Assembly: GCA_030446285.1 (NCBI GenBank) | Contig: JASUSC010000002.1 | Location: 1-63,279, forward strand | Length of the DNA: 63,279 bases | DNA from: Eubacteriales bacterium | Lineage (GTDB): Bacteria; Bacillota; JASUSC01 | Direction of reading: 5' to 3' | The notes under the pieces: model-generated | Databases searched by the model: none | Seen by the model: only the letters and a program-made list of their open reading frames with translations | What the model was told of the DNA's origin: nothing | Program-made: the position numbers and the translations under genes | In this document: positions 28,848-38,316 of the stretch, one piece after another | Layout of the letters: every line of letters starts with the position of its first letter | Position numbering within the stretch: the stretch's first letter is position 1

Positions 28848-30425
28848 CTACCTTTCCAGCCATTCCTCTTCGTGGCTGTTTTTCTTCTTTTCTTCTTCTT
28901 TCATGCGGATAATAGTATCAATTCGCAAAATGGCCACAGCAATCTCTCCTGCCGCCTTTATAGCATGGTATTTCACCGGAGTGGGATCTACCACTCCCAA
29001 TTCCAGCATATCAGCTATTTCGCCCGTTTCACAGTCCACCGCTAAAGAACAGCTATCTTTCTCTTCCTGGGCCGCCAGAACATCCCCGATTTTTTCCAGG
29101 GGATTGAAACCGGCGTTGGTGACAATCTGCATAAAAGGCCGCTTCAGGGCCTCAATAACACATTCAAACCCGTAGACGGCCATTCCCCGCACCTGGCTCT
29201 TCTGGCGGGAAAGATAACGGGAGAGGGCTAACTCCACCGCTCCTCCTCCGGGAACATAACCGCCCCGTACCGCTGCCTGTAAGGAAGAGGCGGCATCCCG
29301 GGCAATCCGCTCCCGCTCACCCACCACCTCGTCAGTGGCGGCTCCCACCAAGACGGTGGCCGCCGGCTTGCCTGCTCCGCGGAAGATACGCACCAGTTCT
29401 AGCTTCTTATCCACTTCCACCCTGGCTGCCCGCCCCAAGTAGTTTTCCAATTCTCCGGCCGATTTTTTCAGACCGGTCCGCTTGATACTACGAGCGCCGG
29501 TATGCTCGCGGGCTTTTTCCAGTTCCCGGTTGGCCACCCGCTGGATGACCATGACACCAGCATCGGTTAAGATCTCCTCGGCCTCGTCGTCCACACCCCG
29601 GTCTACTAAAACCAGTCCGACGCCCAGCTCCACGATTTTGTGAATCCATTCCCGAAACTCCTGCCTGAGTTCCAGGTAGCGCTTAAACCCGGCCTCGGTC
29701 CCAAGGGCCTCTTCTTCCAGCTCTTCTGGCTCCAGAGCGTCATCCACTACCAGGACCTTCACATCCTCCAGGGAAGTGGGCATGAGGGTATTCATGGGCT
29801 CCTTGGTGATTATCACTCCCTGGAAGACTTGGTTTTCCGCCCCTTCTTTAGCCATTACTGCATCGGCCAGTTTGAAGCCCCGCTCTCTCAGTTTCTCCCT
29901 TCCCGTTAGGCGGGCTGCTTCCATCACCAGAGCGGCGATGTCCTCGTGTTCCCTGCCAGCGATGAGGGCCACCCGGGCCAGAACAGGATCATCTAAACCT
30001 GCCACCGGGCGGCTCAGACGGTTCAGTTCTTCCAAGGCCAGGGCAATTCCTTTTTTTATCCCTTCAATGACGCGGGTTACCGGTACCCCCCGCACCACCT
30101 GGCTCACGGCTTCGCCCACTAAGGCCCCGGCCAGCACGGTAGCTGTGGTGGTCCCGTCCCCCACTTCTTCCTGCTGGGCCCGGGCCACGTTCACCACCAT
30201 ACGGGCTGCCGGGTGACTGGCCTCCATCATCGTAAGAATGGTGACGCCGTCATTGGTAATGACTACGTCACCGAACTTATCCACCAGCATAGTATCCAAG
30301 CCTTTGGGTCCCAGAGTTCCTTCTACGGCTGCCGCAATAGCCCGCACGGCATTGGCGTTGGTCATTAAAGCCGCCAATCTTTCATCAACTTCCGAACCAG
30401 AAGAAGCCTGCTGTTTGAGACTCAT
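28848..30425 (-). CDS. thermosome-like (TCP-1/Cpn60 family, archaeal-type group III) chaperonin
   Basis: ATG at 30425 after the [29 protein letters not shown] and [15 protein letters not shown] are group II/thermosome-type motifs rather than GroEL-type. The gene lies between hrcA and grpE. Confidence 0.85.
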   Translation of the reverse strand: MSLKQQASSGSEVDERLAALMTNANAVRAIAAAVEGTLGPKGLDTMLVDKFGDVVITNDGVTILTMMEASHPAARMVVNVARAQQEEVGDGTTTATVLAGALVGEAVSQVVRGVPVTRVIEGIKKGIALALEELNRLSRPVAGLDDPVLARVALIAGREHEDIAALVMEAARLTGREKLRERGFKLADAVMAKEGAENQVFQGVIITKEPMNTLMPTSLEDVKVLVVDDALEPEELEEEALGTEAGFKRYLELRQEFREWIHKIVELGVGLVLVDRGVDDEAEEILTDAGVMVIQRVANRELEKAREHTGARSIKRTGLKKSAGELENYLGRAARVEVDKKLELVRIFRGAGKPAATVLVGAATDEVVGERERIARDAASSLQAAVRGGYVPGGGAVELALSRYLSRQKSQVRGMAVYGFECVIEALKRPFMQIVTNAGFNPLEKIGDVLAAQEEKDSCSLAVDCETGEIADMLELGVVDPTPVKYHAIKAAGEIAVAILRIDTIIRMKEEEKKKNSHEEEWLER

Positions 30426-30436
30426 CCTCGTCCTCC

Positions 30437-31471
30437 TCAACGGTAGTACCTGGTAAGGATCTTGCTCAGGGAGTGAGCGATAAATTCAAGGATGGAAACA
30501 ACCTTATCATATTCCATCCGCGTGGGCCCGATAACCCCTACCGATCCCATAATCTGGTTGTCAACGGAATAAACGGCCGTTACCACACTACAATCTTCAA
30601 ACTCAGGTATGTTGTTCTCCCGGCCAATGCGCACTGTAACCTCATGGGGGTTGTCGGTCCGGACCTGAAGCAGGTTGCGCAAAACGTCTTCCTGCTCCAA
30701 AAGCCCGAGCAAGGTTTTAACTTTGCTGATGTCCCTGAATTCTGGCTGGTTTAATATGTTCAGCATCCCGCGCAAATATACTTTTTCCTCCTGTTCCAGG
30801 GTAAGGGCTTCCTGAAGCATCTCCACCGCCGTGTCAAAAATATGGTGGTGCCCGGCTAACTCGTGATAGATCTCTTTAACCAGAGTGAGCCTGATCTTCT
30901 CCACCGGCACCCCCCGCAGCTTGGCTGTTAGCACCCGGCTGATTACAGCCAAGTCCTCATCCGTCAGGCGGTCCGGCACTTCGATAAGTTTATGATGAAC
31001 AGTACCGGTAGAAGTAACCACTACCAACAACGCCTTGCCGCCTTCCAACGGCACCAGTTGCACCTGCTTGAACACGGAGGAAACCTCCGCCGGTCCCATT
31101 ACCACAGCGGCGTAGGGGATCATTTCCGCCAGAAGTCGCCCCGTCTCCTGGATTATCTGCCCGATCTGCTTGCATTTGTTTTCGTAACCTTCTAAGATAA
31201 AACGCCTTTCGGCTGGCGTAAGCCGGTGTTTGTGCATCAGGTAATCCACGTAATAACGGTAACCTTTCTGGGAAGGTATCCTCCCAGCAGAAGTATGGGG
31301 CTGCTCGATATAGCCCATTTCCTCTAAATCGGCCATCTCATTCCGGATAGTGGCCGGACTTACCCCCAAGCGGTATTTGCGGGCAATGGTCCGTGATCCT
31401 ACCGGCTCGGCCGAAGCAATGTAGTCCTGGACTATGGCTGCCAGGACCTGTTTTTTGCGTTCGGTAAGCAT
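30437..31471 (-). CDS. hrcA: heat-inducible transcription repressor HrcA
   Basis: 344 aa; [32 protein letters not shown] (winged HTH), with CIRCE just upstream. Confidence 0.95.
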   Translation of the reverse strand: MLTERKKQVLAAIVQDYIASAEPVGSRTIARKYRLGVSPATIRNEMADLEEMGYIEQPHTSAGRIPSQKGYRYYVDYLMHKHRLTPAERRFILEGYENKCKQIGQIIQETGRLLAEMIPYAAVVMGPAEVSSVFKQVQLVPLEGGKALLVVVTSTGTVHHKLIEVPDRLTDEDLAVISRVLTAKLRGVPVEKIRLTLVKEIYHELAGHHHIFDTAVEMLQEALTLEQEEKVYLRGMLNILNQPEFRDISKVKTLLGLLEQEDVLRNLLQVRTDNPHEVTVRIGRENNIPEFEDCSVVTAVYSVDNQIMGSVGVIGPTRMEYDKVVSILEFIAHSLSKILTRYYR

Positions 31472-31487
31472 ACTCCCTCACCTACCT

Positions 31488-31514
31488 TTAGCACTCAACA
31501 GCAGAGAGTGCTAA
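31488..31514. promoter_or_regulatory. CIRCE operator (HrcA binding site)
   Basis: Perfect TTAGCACTC-N9-GAGTGCTAA inverted repeat. Confidence 0.95.
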
Positions 31515-31527
31515 TGCATCAATATTA

Positions 31528-31556
31528 AAAATAACACCCCGGCCCACTCTTGTCAA
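31528..31556 (-). promoter_or_regulatory. sigma-A-type promoter of the hrcA-dnaK operon
   Basis: TTGACA (31556-31551) - 17 nt - TATTTT (31533-31528), immediately upstream of CIRCE. Confidence 0.65.
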
Positions 31557-32138
31557 GATTTTCCCAGCTGGGGTAAAAATGCTTCGTAAAGCCAATTTGG
31601 AGCTATCTGCTGATGGTTTTACTCCAGTTGTTTCTCTTCTTCAGGTAATGACCTCACAGCGGGTTGCCGTCGATGAAAGACTCACCCGGGTTGAGGTGGC
31701 AGGGAACACAGTCTTTGTCATTCCCCATGTTGCCCTTGTTTCCGTGGCAGGTCCTCTTCCCCTTCCCGGGGAACTACCCCCTTTCCCGCGGTTCCCGCTG
31801 CTTCTCCTCGGTTCAGGAAGTACAGTTCTTCCACCAGGAAGGAACTTCCCTTTTTCATAATTACCACCCCAAATTTGCGGGATTGTTCACTCGCAGGCGG
31901 AAAAGAAAGAAGGGGCCGCCTTAACAGCGACCCACAACCGCAGGGGGAACTAACAGCGCCAGCATACGCACGGTAGAGGAATAGGAAAAGGAGAGCAGCG
32001 TTGGCAAAAACAGCAGAGCCCGCCCACGTTTGTGAAGGCGGTAACTTTAACTTATACAAAGTTTCGCCGTTGAAGGCGAAAATCCTGCTTCTTCCTGAAA
32101 ATTTTGTTTTAAATTCATAGGAAACTATCCCTGGGTAA

Positions 32139-32897
32139 TTATTTTCGCCCACATGCCGGGCATTCCTCATCCCGCTCTAATTCAATCTCCCGAAAACGCA
32201 TAGAGAGAGCGTCGTACTGAAGTAGTCTTCCCACCAAAAGTTCTCCCACTCCCAGGATTATTTTTATCGCCTCCGTGGCTTCAATCATCCCAATCAGCCC
32301 GGGTACCGTTCCCAGGACACCGGCCTGGGCGCAGGAGGGTACTTCCTCCGGTGCCGGAATGTCGCGGAACACACAGCGGTAGCAAGGTCCATCGTAGGGC
32401 ATAATGGTCATAACCTGGCCTTTAAGCCCCAAAACCCCGCCGTGGATAAAAGGCCGGCGCAGTTTCAGACATGTTTCGTTGATGAGATAACGGGTAGGGA
32501 AATTGTCGCTCCCGTCCACCACCACCTGGTAATCCCTCACTATCTCCTCGGCATTCCCCTCCTCTAACCGGCAGTAATAAGGTACGATTTCGATTTCCGG
32601 ATTCAGGGCCTGGAGCTTCTCCCGGGCCGATTCCACTTTGGGCCGGCCGATATCAGGAGTAAAGTGAAGTATCTGACGCTGTAGATTGCTCAAATCCACC
32701 CTGTCGCCGTCGACGATCCCTATTCTCCCCACGCCGGCCGCTGCCAGATAATAAGCAATAGCCGAGCCCAAGCCCCCCGTTCCCACCACCAGGACGGAAG
32801 CTTTTTTCAGTTTTTCCTGGCCCGCTCCGCCGATCTCCGGAATGAGCAACTGCCGGCCGTAACGCTGAATTTCTTTTTCGGACAGAGCAAATTTCAT
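32139..32897 (-). CDS. HesA/MoeB/ThiF-family adenylyltransferase (E1-like)
   Basis: 252 aa; RYGRQLLIPEIG, nucleotide loop VVGTGGLGS, zinc CxxC pairs (CYRC ... CPAC). Confidence 0.88.
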   Translation of the reverse strand: MKFALSEKEIQRYGRQLLIPEIGGAGQEKLKKASVLVVGTGGLGSAIAYYLAAAGVGRIGIVDGDRVDLSNLQRQILHFTPDIGRPKVESAREKLQALNPEIEIVPYYCRLEEGNAEEIVRDYQVVVDGSDNFPTRYLINETCLKLRRPFIHGGVLGLKGQVMTIMPYDGPCYRCVFRDIPAPEEVPSCAQAGVLGTVPGLIGMIEATEAIKIILGVGELLVGRLLQYDALSMRFREIELERDEECPACGRK

Positions 32898-33042
32898 AGC
32901 GCTTTTTCTTCCCCCTATTAATTAATGAAAATTATCCTTGAAAATATTAGGCAGCCAGGCAAAAATTCCTCCTCGTTAAATTGAAACAAAGTAATAAACC
33001 TTTGCCCAGCCGCTCAAGCTATTGGTGCAGGGGGTGAAAAAT

Positions 33043-33216
33043 TTGGGCAAAAAAAGAAAAAAAGACAGCGAACGAGAACAGTTGAAATTAGAGATTGCCG
33101 CTGAAATCGGTCTTCTGGAAAAAATAAAACGGGAAGGGTGGAAAAGCCTGTCCGCCGCCGAGACAGGACGCATCGGCGGCCTTCTCCTCCGCCGTTTACA
33201 AAAGGAAGAACATTAA
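33043..33216 (+). CDS. minor alpha/beta-type small acid-soluble spore protein (SspF-like)
   Basis: LKLEIAAEIGLLEKIKREGWKSLSAAETGRIGGLLLRRL parallels SspF (YELAKDLGF...GGWGEI..RDAGNMVKR). The RBS GGGGGTG is 6 nt before TTG at 33043; the track start at 33022 is possible. Confidence 0.65.
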   Translation: MGKKRKKDSEREQLKLEIAAEIGLLEKIKREGWKSLSAAETGRIGGLLLRRLQKEEH

Positions 33217-33476
33217 CAATAATTACCTGCCGGCACATCCGCCTCAGGCAGGTCAACCAAAATAACGTCCACGCCAATGCGGGTTATTCTCTCCCAGGGG
33301 ATGACGATATCTTCTGAACGCCCAAAGAAGCCGAAGATCCGGTTATTTCCCGGCAGGATAATAGCTTTTATCCGTCCCATCTGGAGATCTATCTCGATGT
33401 CCTTGATCATTCCCAGCCGCCGGCCGTTAACCACGTTGATAACTTCCCGGACCCTGAGATCAGAAATTTTGACCAC
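33213..33476 (-). CDS. YlmC/YmxH-family sporulation protein (PRC-barrel)
   Basis: 87 aa; ISDLRVREVINVVNGRRLGMIKDIEIDLQMGRIKAIILPG is typical of this family. Confidence 0.85.
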   Translation of the reverse strand: MVKISDLRVREVINVVNGRRLGMIKDIEIDLQMGRIKAIILPGNNRIFGFFGRSEDIVIPWERITRIGVDVILVDLPEADVPAGNYC

Positions 33477-33526
33477 GGGGCCCTCACCTCCTCATCATAT
33501 TATATGAGGAAGGAGGAAAATGTGAC

Positions 33527-34417
33527 TTATCTTTCTTTCTCCCTTACCCCGCGGTAAGGAACGGGAACAAACTGAACCGAAGGTCGCCGCTGGCCAGGCT
33601 GGGGATAAAGTTCCATCAGAGCATATATTTCCCCCGGCATTTCACTGCTCACAGGCAGTCCCATTTCTTTAAGCCGTTCCAGGGTAATGGGATAGTCATG
33701 AGTCCAGCGGCCGTCGGTAAGAACTTCTGCCAGCTTTTCCGCCTTTTCCCCTTCCATCTTATCCAGCAGAAGCTCCCGCACAAACTCCCGTACCTGCCGC
33801 ATAGCCTTACCGGCTATGTCCGCCATGATCAGAGTCCTGTCGTCCAACTCGTTTTTGTCTTTTTTGTCAACCGCATTGAGAATGGACGCTGCTGGCCATT
33901 CTCCCAGTTGAGGGTCCATCGGTCCCAGCACAGCGTTGCTATCCATGACGATTTCATCTGCCGCCAGGCAAAGGAGAGTCCCGCCCGACATGGCGTAATG
34001 AGGGACAAACACCGTTACCTTAGCCCTGTGATTTTTTAACGCCCGGGCAATCTGCTCCGCCGCCAGCACCAGCCCTCCCGGAGTATGAAGGACAATGTCC
34101 AGGGGCATGTCATCTGGCGTGAGCCGGATGGCCCGCAAAATTTGTTCCGAATCTTCGATGTTGATATACCTGCTGATGGGAATTCCCAGCAGGCTTAAAG
34201 CTTCCTGGCGGTGGATAAGGGTTATGACCCGGGAGCCGCGTTTTGCTTCCAGCCGCCGGAGCAGGCGGAGGCGAGCAAGTTCCAGCCGCTGCTGTTTCAA
34301 GGCCGGGACAAAACTGAGTAAGATGAGAAGAAACCAGAATAAATCAAAGCCGGACAAAATAAATCCCTCCCGCCGGAAAAAGTCTGCTGCGTGGTACAAG
34401 CTGGGTAAAAACTGCAT
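33527..34417 (-). CDS. SDH-family Clp-fold membrane serine protease
   Basis: 296 aa; N-terminal TM, RGSRVITLIHRQE, HTPGGLVLAAEQIARAL, AMSGGTLLCLAADEIVM. Confidence 0.75.
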   Translation of the reverse strand: MQFLPSLYHAADFFRREGFILSGFDLFWFLLILLSFVPALKQQRLELARLRLLRRLEAKRGSRVITLIHRQEALSLLGIPISRYINIEDSEQILRAIRLTPDDMPLDIVLHTPGGLVLAAEQIARALKNHRAKVTVFVPHYAMSGGTLLCLAADEIVMDSNAVLGPMDPQLGEWPAASILNAVDKKDKNELDDRTLIMADIAGKAMRQVREFVRELLLDKMEGEKAEKLAEVLTDGRWTHDYPITLERLKEMGLPVSSEMPGEIYALMELYPQPGQRRPSVQFVPVPYRGVREKER

Positions 34418-34465
34418 CCGCTTCTGCCTTTAGTTTGCCCTCGGGCGGGAGGGAATAGTTTTTGT

Positions 34466-35125
34466 TTATTTTTCCTGGGCCAAAGCCTTATCCTTTACTT
34501 CTTCCAGCCATTCCAGCAGTTTAAACCTAACCTTTACTCCTTCTTTTCCCTCTTCCCCTTTCTCCCTTTTCTTTACCTTACCCATGTCTTCCTTCATCTT
34601 CGCAGCAGCCAGGACCGGAGAACCTCTTCCCTCCTCAGCTACCGTCAGGTCTTGCAAACAAAGAGGCGGAAAGAGAACACACCACCAGTTGCTCCCCTGT
34701 CCTTCGCCCAGGACCACCTTTACCGCCTCGTACTGTCCGGCAGGCAACAACAGAGGACCGTAGCGGCGGGCGGGAAAGGAGAAGCGTCCCAGGACCGCCT
34801 GCACCGGGTAATCGTAACCTTCCTGCTGTACCACCCTGCGGGCCGTTGCTTCTATTCGCCCAAGGTTGCGGGCAGCAATTTCCCGCGCCTCCCGAAAGTC
34901 GCGAGCCCCTTCGAAATCCTCCCGCATTTCAGCAAGAATGGCATCCCTTACTTTTAGTTTCAACCGCTGATCTTCTATCCCATCGCTTGCCGCCACCACG
35001 TGCAGGCGGAGAAATCCTTCCTTCCCTTCCCTCTTTTCTCCTCCCAGCCACAGGGGAAGACTGTAACCGATCACCCCCACCAGGAGGAGCAAAAGAGCCA
35101 TTAGCAATCTTTTCTTCGCCAGCAA
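34466..35125 (-). CDS. spoIIR: stage II sporulation protein R
   Basis: 219 aa; signal/TM N-terminus, LRLHVVAASDGIEDQRLKLKVRDAIL and NWWCVLFPPLC are characteristic of SpoIIR. Confidence 0.88.
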   Translation of the reverse strand: MLAKKRLLMALLLLLVGVIGYSLPLWLGGEKREGKEGFLRLHVVAASDGIEDQRLKLKVRDAILAEMREDFEGARDFREAREIAARNLGRIEATARRVVQQEGYDYPVQAVLGRFSFPARRYGPLLLPAGQYEAVKVVLGEGQGSNWWCVLFPPLCLQDLTVAEEGRGSPVLAAAKMKEDMGKVKKREKGEEGKEGVKVRFKLLEWLEEVKDKALAQEK

Positions 35126-35182
35126 AATTCTCTTCCTCCTTTACTTTCTGCGGCCGCACCGGCCTTTCTCGGCTTCCAGTTC

Positions 35183-35956
35183 TCAAATGTATTTGCGCAT
35201 GTGTTTTAGCGCCGCCTTTTCCAATCGGGAAACCTGAGCCTGGGAAATTCCTATCTCTTCTGCCACCTCCATCTGGGTTTTCCCTTCGAAGAAGCGCAGG
35301 GTAAGAATAAGGCGTTCCCGTTCGCTCAATTTGCGCATCGCTTCCCGCACGGCAATACCTTCCAGCCAGTTGCTATCGTGATTTTTTTCGTCGCTGATCT
35401 GGTCCATGACAAAGATGGGGTCGCCACCGTCGTTGTATATGGGCTCAAAGAGAGAAACCGGTTCCTGAATAGCATCCAGAGCAAAGACCACTTCTTCTTT
35501 GGGCATGTTCAGTTCAGCGGCAATCTCGTCAATGGATGGCTCCCGAGAATATTTGTTAACCAGCTTGTCCCGTACCTGCAAAGCCCGGTAAGCTATGTCC
35601 CGCAGAGAGCGGCTTACCCGGATGGGATTGTTGTCCCGTAGGTAACGGCGGATCTCACCGATAATCATAGGAACAGCGTAGGTGGAAAATTTTACATTTT
35701 GATTGAGGTCAAAATTATCAATAGCCTTCATCAGACCGACACATCCCACCTGAAAAAGGTCATCCACATATTCGCCGCGGTTGGTAAAGCGCTGGATAAC
35801 ACTGAGAACCAGGCGCAAGTTACCGTTAATCAGTTTACTGCGGGCTTCCTGGTCTCCTGCTTTCATAGCTTTAAATAATTCCCGCATTTCAGCGTTGGTG
35901 AGAACGGGTAACCGGGAAGTGTTTACCCCACAGATTTCTACTTTGTTAACCATCAC
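35183..35956 (-). CDS. sigG: sporulation sigma factor SigG
   Basis: Near-colinear identity with B. subtilis SigG: NKVEICGV, NGNLRLVLSVIQRF.NRGEYVDDLFQVGC, STYAVPMIIGEIRRYLRDNNPIRVSRSLRD, VEAEEIGISQAQVSRLEK. Confidence 0.92.
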   Translation of the reverse strand: MMVNKVEICGVNTSRLPVLTNAEMRELFKAMKAGDQEARSKLINGNLRLVLSVIQRFTNRGEYVDDLFQVGCVGLMKAIDNFDLNQNVKFSTYAVPMIIGEIRRYLRDNNPIRVSRSLRDIAYRALQVRDKLVNKYSREPSIDEIAAELNMPKEEVVFALDAIQEPVSLFEPIYNDGGDPIFVMDQISDEKNHDSNWLEGIAVREAMRKLSERERLILTLRFFEGKTQMEVAEEIGISQAQVSRLEKAALKHMRKYI

Positions 35957-36083
35957 GGCACCTCTTTTGCTACGTTCTTCCAGTAATTCAATTTTCAGTA
36001 TTTATCGTCTTTATTTTTCAGTATTGCCCCTGCCTCGTCCCCTTATTCAGGAAGAAAAAGAAAAGCCCGCCTACACGACGGAC

Positions 36084-36120
36084 CTGGAAAAATAACAATG
36101 GGCTGCCGTAAAGAGCAGCC
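36084..36120 (-). terminator. intrinsic terminator after glnA
   Basis: GGGCTGC-TCTTTAC-GGCAGCCC followed by ATTGTTATTTTT on the minus strand. Confidence 0.8.
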
Positions 36121-36141
36121 CGTGGTGGCCTTTTTAACTTT

Positions 36142-37473
36142 TTAGTATCTCGTCAGATATTCCTCGATTTCCCAGGGGTGAACCTGCATTCTGTAGCGGT
36201 CCCACTCGATCCGCTTGGCTTCGACAAAGCGGCTGAAAACGTGGGGACCCAGGGCTTCCTTGATGACCTCGTCCTTCTCCAATTCATCTAAGGCCTCTTT
36301 CAGGTCCTCGGGTAGACAGCCTATTCCCAGCTCCTGCCGCTCCGCCGCCGTCATTTCGTATATGTTGCGGTCGCAAGGTGGCGGTGGGGCAATTTTGTTT
36401 TTGATCCCGTCCAGTCCGGCGTGGAGGCAAACGGCAAAAGCGAGATAAGGATTGCAGGAGGGGTCAGGACTGCGCAGCTCAATGCGAGTAGACATTCCCC
36501 GTTTGGCCGGGATGCGGATAAGAGGACTGCGGTTTTGGACCGACCAGGCTATGTAAACCGGCGCTTCGTAACCGGAGACCAGCCGTTTGTACGAGTTCAC
36601 GGTGGGATTGGTAATAGCTGTAATAGCCCGGGCATGTTTCATCAAGCCGCCGATAAAATACAGGGCTGTCTCGCTGAGCTGCATGGGAGCGTTGGGATCG
36701 TAGAAGGCGTTTTCCCCGTTTTTCATCAGAGAGATATTGAGGTGCATGCCAGAGCCGGCAATCCCGAAAATAGGTTTGGGCATAAAGGAAGCGTGCAGGC
36801 CGTGGCGCTGGGCTATAGTCCGCACCACAAATTTGAAGGTTACCACTTTGTCGGCAATGTCCAAAGCATCGGAATACTTAAAGTCGATTTCGTGCTGCCC
36901 AGGAGCCACCTCATGGTGGGATGCCTCGATTTCAAACCCCATCTGCTCTAAGGCCAGCACCATATCCCGGCGGGCGTCTTCGCCTAAATCAAGAGGGGTG
37001 AGATCGAAGTATCCGGCGCGGTCATGAGTAATTACCGTGGGTTTCCCTTCATTGTCCACGTGGAAGAGGAAGAATTCGGCCTCCGGACCCACGTTCATAG
37101 TAAAGCCCATTTTAGCCGCCTCACTAAGAGCCCGCTTGAGCACATAGCGGGGGTCACCGATAAAAGGCTGCCCGTCGGCAGTGTAAATATCGCAGATGAG
37201 CCGGGCAACTCCTCCGTCCCGGGGCCGCCAGGGGAAAATGACAAAAGTGTCCGGATCGGGACGCAGGTACATGTCCGATTCCTCAATGCGGACAAACCCT
37301 TCGATGGAAGAACCATCAAACATCAGTTCGCCGTCCAGAGCTTTTTCCAACTGCTCCACCGGGATGGCCACGTTCTTCAGCATTCCTAAGATGTCGGTAA
37401 ACTGGAGGCGGATAAACTTTATCCCCGTTTCCCTGACAATTTGCAAAATGTCTTCTTTTGTGAGATGCGACAC
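36142..37473 (-). CDS. glnA: glutamine synthetase, type I
   Basis: 443 aa, GTG start after GAAGAGGTG; [60 protein letters not shown]. Confidence 0.95.
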   Translation of the reverse strand: MSHLTKEDILQIVRETGIKFIRLQFTDILGMLKNVAIPVEQLEKALDGELMFDGSSIEGFVRIEESDMYLRPDPDTFVIFPWRPRDGGVARLICDIYTADGQPFIGDPRYVLKRALSEAAKMGFTMNVGPEAEFFLFHVDNEGKPTVITHDRAGYFDLTPLDLGEDARRDMVLALEQMGFEIEASHHEVAPGQHEIDFKYSDALDIADKVVTFKFVVRTIAQRHGLHASFMPKPIFGIAGSGMHLNISLMKNGENAFYDPNAPMQLSETALYFIGGLMKHARAITAITNPTVNSYKRLVSGYEAPVYIAWSVQNRSPLIRIPAKRGMSTRIELRSPDPSCNPYLAFAVCLHAGLDGIKNKIAPPPPCDRNIYEMTAAERQELGIGCLPEDLKEALDELEKDEVIKEALGPHVFSRFVEAKRIEWDRYRMQVHPWEIEEYLTRY

Positions 37474-37568
37474 CGGTAATACACCTCTTCGCCTGCTATT
37501 TTTTAAAAATAAAAAAGAATCTCACCCATAGGTAGTATACCAACGGGCGGGGAAAAAGAAAAGGATTT

Positions 37569-38156
37569 TCAATCTTTTTTCAACTCTCTCGCCAGCAAGA
37601 TTGCTTCGGCTATACGCCGCATGGGTATCCGTTTCTCCATGCTCTGCTTCTGCAAACGCCGGTAAGCCTCCTCTTCCGTTAAGCCATACTGCTGCATTAA
37701 GAAACCCTTGGCCCGTTCGATAATCTTTCGGCTCTCTAATTCTTCCCGGAGCTTCCTCACTTCCTTTTCCAGATGGGAAATTTCCTGAAAATTGCTCACA
37801 GCCAGTTCCACCGCAGCCAGCAGCTCGTTTTCTTCTACCGGAGCCGGGAGCAGAGAGAAAACCCGAGCCTCCCGGGCCCCTTCCAGGAGGGTAGAGGTAA
37901 GGTGGGTATACACCAATATCGCCGGACAAATCCTGTCCTCCATAGCAATACGGGCTACCTCAATCCCCTTTTTCCCCTTAAGTTCATCTGCCAAGATTAC
38001 CAGATCGGGTGCCAGGGTGCGCAGCATTTTGAGAGCCGTAAGCCCGTCTTCCGCTTCTCCCGCCACCGTGTAGCCTAAGCGCTGAAGAAGGTTTTTTATC
38101 TTTTTCCGCTCCGTTTCCTTGCCGCCAGCCACCACTATCCGGTACTGTTCCTGCAT
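37569..38156 (-). CDS. ANTAR-domain RNA-binding regulator with atypical receiver domain (copy 1)
   Basis: 195 aa; the C-terminal ANTAR domain reads LESRKIIERAKGFLMQQYGLTEEEAYRRLQKQSMEKRIPMRRIAEAIL. The receiver-like N-domain has IVVAGGKE instead of an acidic pair and DLVILADEL at the acceptor position. Confidence 0.85.
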   Translation of the reverse strand: MQEQYRIVVAGGKETERKKIKNLLQRLGYTVAGEAEDGLTALKMLRTLAPDLVILADELKGKKGIEVARIAMEDRICPAILVYTHLTSTLLEGAREARVFSLLPAPVEENELLAAVELAVSNFQEISHLEKEVRKLREELESRKIIERAKGFLMQQYGLTEEEAYRRLQKQSMEKRIPMRRIAEAILLARELKKD

Positions 38157-38182
38157 AAAAATTCACCCCTCAATCAGGGAAG

Positions 38183-38224
38183 AAATGGCCCTCTGGAGCC
38201 TGGGGAGGCTCCTGGAGGGCCATT
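38183..38224 (-). other. long near-perfect hairpin between the gltB-like gene and ANTAR gene 1
   Basis: On the minus strand AATGGCCCTC-CA-GGAGCC-TCCCCA-GGCTCC-A-GAGGGCCATT gives ~16 paired bases. No T-run follows. Confidence 0.6.
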
Positions 38225-38316
38225 GGACCAGCAAAAACCAGGCTTCTTTATTATATCCTCTCGCCGGCACCTTCATTTAGCTGTATGCCGGGAGAGTCTT
38301 TTCCATATCCCCGAGC

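Noticed and set aside
31718-32170. 150-aa minus-strand ORF overlapping the end of the ThiF-like gene.
   Set aside because: There is no family resemblance, it overlaps the thiF-like stop region, and it runs through hairpin and terminator-like sequence. Only its last 46 codons have an RBS; these are treated as an sORF in the findings.
37474-37568. ANTAR dual-hexaloop target upstream of canonical glnA.
   Set aside because: Only a modest hairpin (CCCGTTGGTA-TAC-TACCTATGGG) followed by a T-run and a TGgTATACT -10-like box are visible. I could not define two hexaloop hairpins by eye, so no specific site is claimed.
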